In this document: positions 9,601-18,600 of the stretch, in pieces
How positions within the stretch are numbered: position 1 is the first letter of the stretch
How the letters are laid out: every line of letters begins with the position of its first letter
From: Candidatus Oxydemutatoraceae bacterium
GTDB taxonomy: Bacteria; Pseudomonadota; Gammaproteobacteria; Poriferisulfidales; Oxydemutatoraceae
DNA: 64,000 nucleotides
Assembly: GCA_965219575.1 (NCBI GenBank)
Contig: OZ244779.1
Span: 1,228,769-1,292,768, forward strand
Reading direction: 5' to 3'
Position numbers and translations under genes: made by a program
Notes under the pieces: model-generated
What the model was told of the DNA's origin: nothing
Database searches by the model: none
The model's input: only the letters and a program-made list of their open reading frames with translations

Positions 9601-12600
9601 GCAACCAAAGCCGGTGTACCGCAGGGTTTGTTCGGAGGCAATAGAGATCCGAACGATCAGCTCGCACCGACTGCCAAGGCAATTTATTTGGACAAAGATA
9701 TCTCTAGAATCGATGTGACTTTGGGAGAGAGTGAGCGCACCGTTGTGCTTCAATCACCGACGAGTGCCACCGGCATCTATAAAAACTGGGATAGCGATAG
9801 CTGGGATTTCGGCACCGCCGAGCAATATCCGGCGATCAAGTATAATTTGGATGCCGCTTCTACCGATGGTGACGCATATTGTGATGCGGTAAACATTCAA
9901 AAACGTCCCGATGCGTGCCGCACCGTGCTTCGTCATCAGGGTAGCCTGCTACAAGACTTAAAGTTATCCGAGGGCGCAGGTTTATCCGGTCCTTTTAGGT
10001 TCACATCGTTCGATTACGGTATATCGGTCAATGCCGATCGGAGTACTATTCGTATGTTGCCGACTGCGTTTAACGGAGTAGCGACGATTGAGGTTGTTAA
10101 GGATGGCAACATAATAGGAGAAACCGATAGCGGTGAATGGACGGCACCGATACCGTTGAACGACAGCGGCGATACGGTCGTCGGTTTGGTCGTAAAAGAC
10201 GGCAAACGACATTCGTACCGATACCGATTCGTTGTCAATCGCCTCGATATAGTAACTCAAAGTGTAGACGGCGACGGCGACGGACTCATAGATATTAGCG
10301 ATGCGACACATTTGAATGCCATCCGTCATCGCATCGACGGCAGTGCCTATCGAGAGAGCGAAACCGCCGAGGTGATCTACTGTTCCGGCAGTTGCACGGG
10401 GTATGAGCTGACTGCCGATATAGACCTTGCCGGCATCGAGTGGCAACCGATAGGTAGTCCGAATGAACCTTTTAGCGGTGTATTCAAAGGCAACGGCTAT
10501 ACGATTTCTAATTTGACCATAAAAGCAAATAACACCGACAATATAGGTCTATTCGCAGCGATCGGTGTCGGCGGCAGAGTCGAAAATCTCGGTTTGGTGA
10601 ATGTGGATATTGCCGGGCAGGGTCGTCGTATCGGTAGTATAGCCGCCTTCAACTCCGGCACGATTATCAATAGCTATGCCGACGGCAAGCTCGTAGATAG
10701 CGGCGGGAGCATCAATGTCGTCGGTGGTTTGGTCGGTAGAAACGAGCGCGGTGAAATCGTCAATAGCTATGCGCATGTCAACATAGAGGCAGCGACCGGT
10801 TTTGCGGGCGGTTTGGTCGGTGAGATTCAGGGGGGGTCCGTTGTTAATGGTTATGCCGGCGGCGATGTGCGAGTCGATAGCGGTATCGCGGGCGGTTTGG
10901 TGGGAACAAACGGCAGTCGAAGTTCAACTGTTAACGATAGCTATGCAGTCGGTGATGTGCAGGTCGGTAGCGGTAGAGCGGGAGGTTTGGTTGCGGCAAG
11001 CTCCGGCAGACAAACATTGAATAATAGTTACTATAGAAAGGGTGCGGTTATCTCCGGCACCGATTCACTGGTCGGCACCGATAAAACTGTAGCGGCACTT
11101 AAAGCCGGTGTGCCGTCGGATGATGTCTACACCGGCTGGAACACAACCGATTGGCACTTCGGCAATGCAGAGCAATATCCGGTCTTGCTTTATGTGGCAG
11201 GCGATGACAACGATCATCGTGCGTGCGCAACATCACCGACCGATACGGAATTGCCGACCTGCGGAACCTTGCTGCCCGGGCAGCGTGTCGGGCTGGCTCA
11301 AATGGAACTTTCAAAGAATGCCCGCTTGCTTCCGGCATTTAATCCCGAGATATACGATTATAATCTGGTCGTTCATTCGGGCACCACATTTCGTACCATA
11401 CCGATCGCCTATTACGACACCGATACGATTACCGTAGACGCTGCCGGCTTGCGCTCATCCACAACCGGTGGGCAAAGTTTGTTGTTCAAGCTAAACGACG
11501 ATTTGAACGGTATCGTAATCACGGTGAGATCCGCAAGTCATAATGTGCCGACACGCTATACGATTAAAGTACTGCACAGTATTGCGGTAGTAGATGGTTT
11601 GATATCGATCGATTATCTGGAAGACTTGAACCTGATGCGTAATCCTATAGAGCGGGTATCCGATATTCTGGAGGATTGCCCCATAGATACCGAAGACAAT
11701 GCGAGGCGGTGCAGGGGTTATGAATTGAGCAGAGACTTGGACTTTGAGGATCCTATGAGCTATCGCTCGGGTCGGGTCAACCCGATGTGGACGACCGGTG
11801 TCGGGTGGCAACCGATAGGAGACAGCAACAATCCCTTCGAATATTCGTTTAACGGCAATTCACACACGATATCGAATCTGAGGATCAACGATGTTGCCGT
11901 CGATAACATCGGTTTATTCGGTGTCTCGGCGGACGCTGCGAGAATTGAGAACATCGGCTTAGTCGCTGTGGATATCGATATCAACGGTCAATCCGGCATC
12001 GGTGCTTTGGTAGGTGAGAATCGCGGCACCGTCGTCAACAGCCATGTGGTAGGTGGTGATGTTCGTGGCAATTCTTCTGTAGGTGGATTGACCGGTAGGA
12101 ATTCGGGAGTAATCGTTAATAGCTACACGAATGTTGCGGTCGCCGGAACTAATTTTGTCGGCGGTCTAGCCGGTAGTAGCCAATCGGGTTCAAGAATCCA
12201 CAATAGCTATGCGAGTGGTACGGTCACCGGGAATGACTTCGTAGGAGGTTTGGTCGGCTTATTACAAGCAGGTATCTCGAATAGTTATGCAAATGTTGCG
12301 GTTATCGGAAATAAGTTTGTAGGGGGCTTGGTCGGTGGAGCGAGCAATAGTGTCATCAACAGTTATGCAATCGGCAAAATATCGGGTGATGGTGAGGGAT
12401 TAATAGGCGTTGTTTTGATCGATTTTTCCGCCATTCAAAGTTATTGGGATGTCGCTACGAGTACGGTGGGAGACGATAATAACGATCTCAACGGTATCGG
12501 CAAGACGACTTCGGATCTCCGAACAGCTGCGATCGGAGAGGGTATCTATAGCGGTTGGGGTAGCGACGATTGGTATTCCGAGACCGGTCGATATCCGCTA

Positions 12601-15600
12601 TTGAGATATACCGGTGCCACCGATATCATTGCTCGCCCGGCGTGTCGAGTCGCCGAAAATGTCGATAGCGAACTGCCGGTGTGTGGAACTTTGTTGCCAA
12701 ATCAGCGTATAGGCTTACGCAATCTAGCGCGCTCGAATAGGGTGGGTCAGGTTTTGCTATTAAGACCCGGCTTTGATTCCGGGATATACGATTACGAGTT
12801 GATATTAAAAAGCGATGCGCGTGAGTTCAGTATTATTCCGTATACGTTTAACCCGAATGCGGTCATCGTAGTCGACGACGATAGCGAAACGAATCCACAA
12901 CAAGAATTACGAAGTGGTAAAACGCTTAGCTTAATAATAGACAATCTCAACAATTCCTCGCTGACACTCACGGTGGAGGATCCTTTGGTATCCGGAGCGA
13001 CGCAAACGACGATCTATCGTTTTGAAGTAAGCAAACATCCTTTTATCACCACCGGCGATATAGACGACGACGACGACGGCTTGATCGAGATACGCAGCGT
13101 AGACGATCTGAATGCGATTCGTTATCAACCGGACGGTAGCGGTTATAAAGCGAGTCGCAACGATACTAAAATCACCGTAGGGTGTCCCGAGACCGGCTGC
13201 ATAGGTTATGAATTGGTGCAAGATCTGGATGTCGACGACGCAATGCGTTTTGCCGACTGGCAGCCGATAGGATATATCGCACCGAGCGGCGATGCCGATG
13301 AATGTAATCATCCGAGTAATCGGTGCTTTAGCGGGATATTCGACGGCAACAATCATACCATTTCAAATCTGCGTATCGATAAGAGCGATACCGACAATGT
13401 CGGCTTGTTTGCGGCATTAGCCGACGGTGCGCAAGTCAAAAATGTCAATCTGGCGAATGTGTCGGTCGAGGGTCGCTTCGGTGTCGGGAGTCTGGTCGCC
13501 TATAACGCCGGAGAGATAGACAACAGTTATGCCGACGGCACGATAACGGGAGAACGCGATGTCGGGGGATTGGTTGCCTACAATGTCGGTCGGATTTCCG
13601 ATAGTTATGCTTACGGTGCGGTATCGGGCGGTTCTTCGGTCGGCGGTTTGGTGGCTCGTAACGAAAGTGCCGGGGCGATTGCCAACAGCTATAGCTTGAG
13701 TCGTGTATCGGGCAATACCGGCATCGGCGGTTTGGTCGGTTTGAATCTCGGTTCTATTACAAACACTCATGCCAGCGGTGTTGTCGAGGGAAGCATGCGC
13801 ATCGGTGGTTTGGTCGGTGCCAACGGCGGTTCGGTCGCCGACAGTTATGCGACGGCGGATATACTATGCACCGGTGTGCCTATGTGTACTTCGTATACGG
13901 TTGCTACGGGCGGGCTGATCGGTAGCGATGTCGGTGGTGTTGTAGCAAATAGCTATTGGGATACCGGTGTGAGTAAGCTACGAGTATCCGCCGGCGGTGT
14001 CGGCAAAACTACCCTGCAACTGCAATCGGGCAGCGGTCAATCGTCGGATGCAAGCGGCGCGTATTACCGGTGGCGCGATAGCGACTGGTACTTCGGCACT
14101 GTAGATCAATATCCTATTCTTAAATATGCCGACAGTACCGAAAGCACGCTTGTCGGTTTGCAGTCTTATGGTTTGACAAGTTTGGCAATCGCAGAGATTG
14201 TGACGCTGTCTCCTAACTTTGACACGACTAAATTGTATTATCGTGTCGGCGTAGAATTGGATACCGATATAAGGAAATTACATTTGACACCGAATGCACT
14301 GGATGAGGATGCAACCATTCGCATCTTCAGCGATAACGGTTTCGACGAGACGGTTGCAAGCGGCACCGACAGTTCGGCGATTGTGTTGCGCTCGACCGGC
14401 ACAACGGTGATTAACATCGAAGTCTCGGGGGCACGGCGCGTCCTATATCGGTTTGAAGCAGATTATTTCTCTTCCGGTTTTGAAGACGATGTCGATACCG
14501 ACAAAGACGGATTGATAGATATTCTAAGCCTCGAGGATTTGGATGCGATACGCAATGCGCTCGACGGCAGACGGTTGAGATATCAAAATGCCGACGGCGT
14601 ATCGATAGAAAGTGCCAAAGGTTGTCCGATTAGCGGCTGCAAGGGCTATGAGTTGATGCGAGACTTGGACTTCGATAACCCGACACATTACCGAACGGGT
14701 CGCGTGAATACGGCATGGACCGGCGGGGCAGGCTGGCAGCCGATAGGCACCTCGCTATATCCGTTCACGGCAACATTCAAAGGCAACGGCTATACGATTT
14801 CTAATTTGAGGGTGAATAGACCGGATAGAGACGGCGGTTTATTCGGTGTGATAGACGGTAGCGAAAGCGATGTGGTAATAGAGGGTCTCGGTTTAATCGA
14901 TGTAGATATAGTCGGAGGTACGCATGTCGGCGGTTTGGTCGGCACCAACCGAGCGGGCGACATTCGCCGGAGCTATGTCACCGGTTATGTGGTGGCAAGA
15001 GGTGACGGCACATCGGCAATCGTCGGCGGTCTGGTCGGTAGAAATGTTGCCGGCTCGATCACCGAATCATACTCGCAGACACAGGTGAAAGGCAATCTAT
15101 CGGCCGGATTGTCGGTGGCATCGGCAGGTGGTTTGGTTGCTCTGAACGACAGTCGCGGTCGCATCGAGAATAGCTATGCGGTGGGGTCGGTGATCGGTCG
15201 CAACACCGTCGGCGGTTTGGTTGCTCTCAACCGAGACTCGAGCGAAATCATCGATAGCTACGCAATAAGCAGAACGATAGGCATCGGAGCGATATCTAAA
15301 GTAGGTGGCTTGGTTGCCGTCAACGATGCGGTGGTCGACGACAGTTACTGGGATATAGAGGTGAGTGGTATCGCATCGAGTGCCGGCGGCACTTCTGCGA
15401 CCACGGCAGTACTCCGATCGTCCACACCGATTTCACCGATCAATAGTATTTATAAAGACTGGGATACCGATGTATGGGAGTTCGCAGATACGAATCGTTA
15501 TCCCGAACTGAAAGCGATTGCCGATGTGCCGCTACTCGCTCCCGAAGGAAAAAGTCTGTTGCAAAGTCTGACCCTATCGGACAATGTCCGGTTATTCCCG

Positions 15601-18600
15601 TCTTTTCATCCGCTCGTTTTCGACTACGACCTGATAGCCGAGGCCGATCGAATGACCGAAGTACGGCTCGATACCACCTCGACGCGGATAGGCACGACAA
15701 TCGATATTACTTGTCGCAACGGCTTGATATGTTCGCCGGGTATTCCGACATCGTTTGTATTGGACGGTAGCGATACAGCGAAAATTACGATAACCACGCA
15801 TAATTCCGATGCCGGCGAATTATCGTATAGCTTCTCGGTGCGTTACCACGAACTAAAAATCGAACGAATGACGGCAACGACAACGACGATCGTGCCGTTG
15901 TCGTTGTCGGTAGCCGAAGGCGAGCGTGTTCGCTTAATGGCTTCGTATCATTTTAGTTTGGATGAAAATTTATATCGCTACCGCTGGCGACAATCGTCGG
16001 GCGATGTGCTGAAGTTCGACGATAAGCAATCGCCGGTTGATATGCAAAATGCGATGTTGGATTTTATGATACCCGACGATGTCGTGTCTAAGCAAGACGA
16101 TAGCCGTGTCGTGCAGTTGACAGCGGAAGTCAATGTGAACGACGACATCTATTTAAGCAAAATGTTATCGTTGATAATTTCCAAACGAAATAACGATACC
16201 GCCGATCGTATTCGCTTACTCGAAGATAGCGATCAACCGGATACTTATGCCGTTCGATTTGAAAGAGACGACGGTAGCGAGTTTGTAGACCGCGACGGCG
16301 GTTTTGCCGAAACCCGTATACACTGGCAGCGTCGTCGTAGCGATGCCGAAGATTGGGTTGATGTCGGGAACGGGTCTCCGTATACCATTCCCGACGAGGG
16401 TGCTTATCAATATCGCGCACTCGCTACATACAAGGATAATCAGGGTTATCGCGAACAATTTGAGTCCGGAGTCATAAACTATTTAGACCTAGACGACGAC
16501 GGCGACGGTCTGATAGAGATTCGTTATTTGGAAGAGTTGGATGCGATACGCCATCAGCCGGACGGTAGCGGCTATAAAGCGACTGCGAGTGCGGATAAGA
16601 TTACTGCGGGGTGTCCGTTGGTCAACGGTATCGAGCAATGCCGAGGCTACGAATTGATGAACGATTTGGATTTCAACGACGACCAAAGCTATCGTACGCT
16701 TGATCCGTCGCGACTCAAGAACAGCTGGACGGTGAGCGATTTCAGTGCTGCAAGCGATGCCGGTTGGCAACCTATCGGTAGGTTTAATGCCGTATTCGAC
16801 GGCAACGGTTATACGATATCGAATATACAGATAAACCGTAGTGTCGGCAATACAAGCAATATAGGCCTATTCTCCGATATGGGTTCGGGTGGAAAGGTTA
16901 AAAACTTGGGGCTTATAGACCCGGCGATCAAAGGTTTAGTCGGGATTAAAAATGTAGGCGGTATCGCCGGCAGAATAGAACGCGGCGGTGTCATCATCAA
17001 TAGCTATGTGGTCGGCGATGTCGGCGCGGGAAACACCGATAAAATAATAACCGGGGATGTCGGATCCGGTAGCAATAGAGGATTCATCGGCGGGCTGGTC
17101 GGCTGGAACAAAGGTTTCGTACTCAATAGTTATGCAAAGATCAATGTGACTGCCGAAGATTCCGGAACACAAGGAAACAAGCGGGTCGGCGTGGGCGGTT
17201 TGGTCGGTAGGAACATAGACGGCGGCAAGGTGTATAACAGCTATGCTACCGGTGAGGTGAAAGGACCCTGCATCGTCGGGGGTTTGGTAGGCAATCAGTA
17301 TTCCACCAACTCGAATCAGTTATTGACCCGCAGCGAGATCAAAAACAGTTATGCGACCGGCAATGTAGAGACCGGGTTCGGGACTTGCAGTAATTCGAAC
17401 AACAAAGTTGCCGCTGCTTTAGTCGGTGTTAATACTAATTCAAGAGTTGAAAATAGTTATACCCTAGGCAAAGTTTCCGGTAGTGGCACATTGTCCAATT
17501 TAATTGCCGGAGGGTCTGCCCCGATAAATAGTTATTGGGATAGCGGAACGACTAATGTAGGCGGTGATGTTAGCGACAGGACTACTGCGAAAATGATATC
17601 GACACTCAGACCGGGCACGGCGGAAACCGACATTTATTATCGATGGAGTACCGATGACTGGGATTTCGGTACTACAAAACAATATCCGGCACTCAAATAC
17701 GGGGTCGGATTGGATAAAGATGACCCGGGTTGCGACACCGATCCCGAGACGGCGTTGCCGAGCTGTGACTCCTTATTGCACGGTCAGATTGCCGATACGC
17801 TTTTGTTGGATCGGCTGAGTGTGTCCGCCAATTCGAGGGCTGTGCGGCTGACCCCGAACTTCATGCCGAGTAGATTTAACTACGAAGCGGTGATTGATGC
17901 CGAGACCGCACCGGTGCTTATAAAAATTGCCACCGGTGCCGGCGAAGATACCGCAATCACGATTCGTAAAGACGGCGGTTCACCTTTGACCAAGCAATCG
18001 GACGGCACCGTGCAGATTAGTACGAACGACTCGTTCAATCTCGGGATTAAGACCGCAAGCGGAGATGAAAGAGCGGCAAACTATCGAATACAAGTGCATC
18101 TGAGTTATTTGCCGCAACCGAGAATACTCGAAGTAACCAACGGGAGTAACCCTGCCGAATTAGTCAAAGGAAATATCCTTAGCTTAAACGAGGGGGATGT
18201 CGTCCGCCTCGATGCCTCGAAGAGTTTCGGGCCGAACAATTCACGGTTGGATTACCGATGGAGTCAAGTATCGGGGAAACCGTTACTGCCGGAAGTACAA
18301 ACCACATCTACAGTAGAGTTTACGGTGCCTGCCGATTTTGTCGCCGCAGACGAGAACGATAGCACGGTGATCCTACAACTAGAGCTGAGCGAAAACAATA
18401 ATCCGACATCTGCGGTGAGCAGAGAAATACGGCTATCGGTGAGGAAAATAAATAACGGCAATGCCGAGAGTAATGCGAAATGGATCAGTAGCGATACGCT
18501 TTCGGCAGGCGATCTATCAAACGATATAGACGGAGGTCCTCTAAGCGATATTGATTATCAATGGTCGTCGGAACAAAACGGTAGATTTGTCGCAATACTC

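Noticed and set aside
10830-10836. G7 run in gene 1 (and G6 at the gene 4 start, 58571-58576) as phase-variation tracts
   Set aside because: Too short, in frame and not conserved among paralogues; no evidence of slippage.
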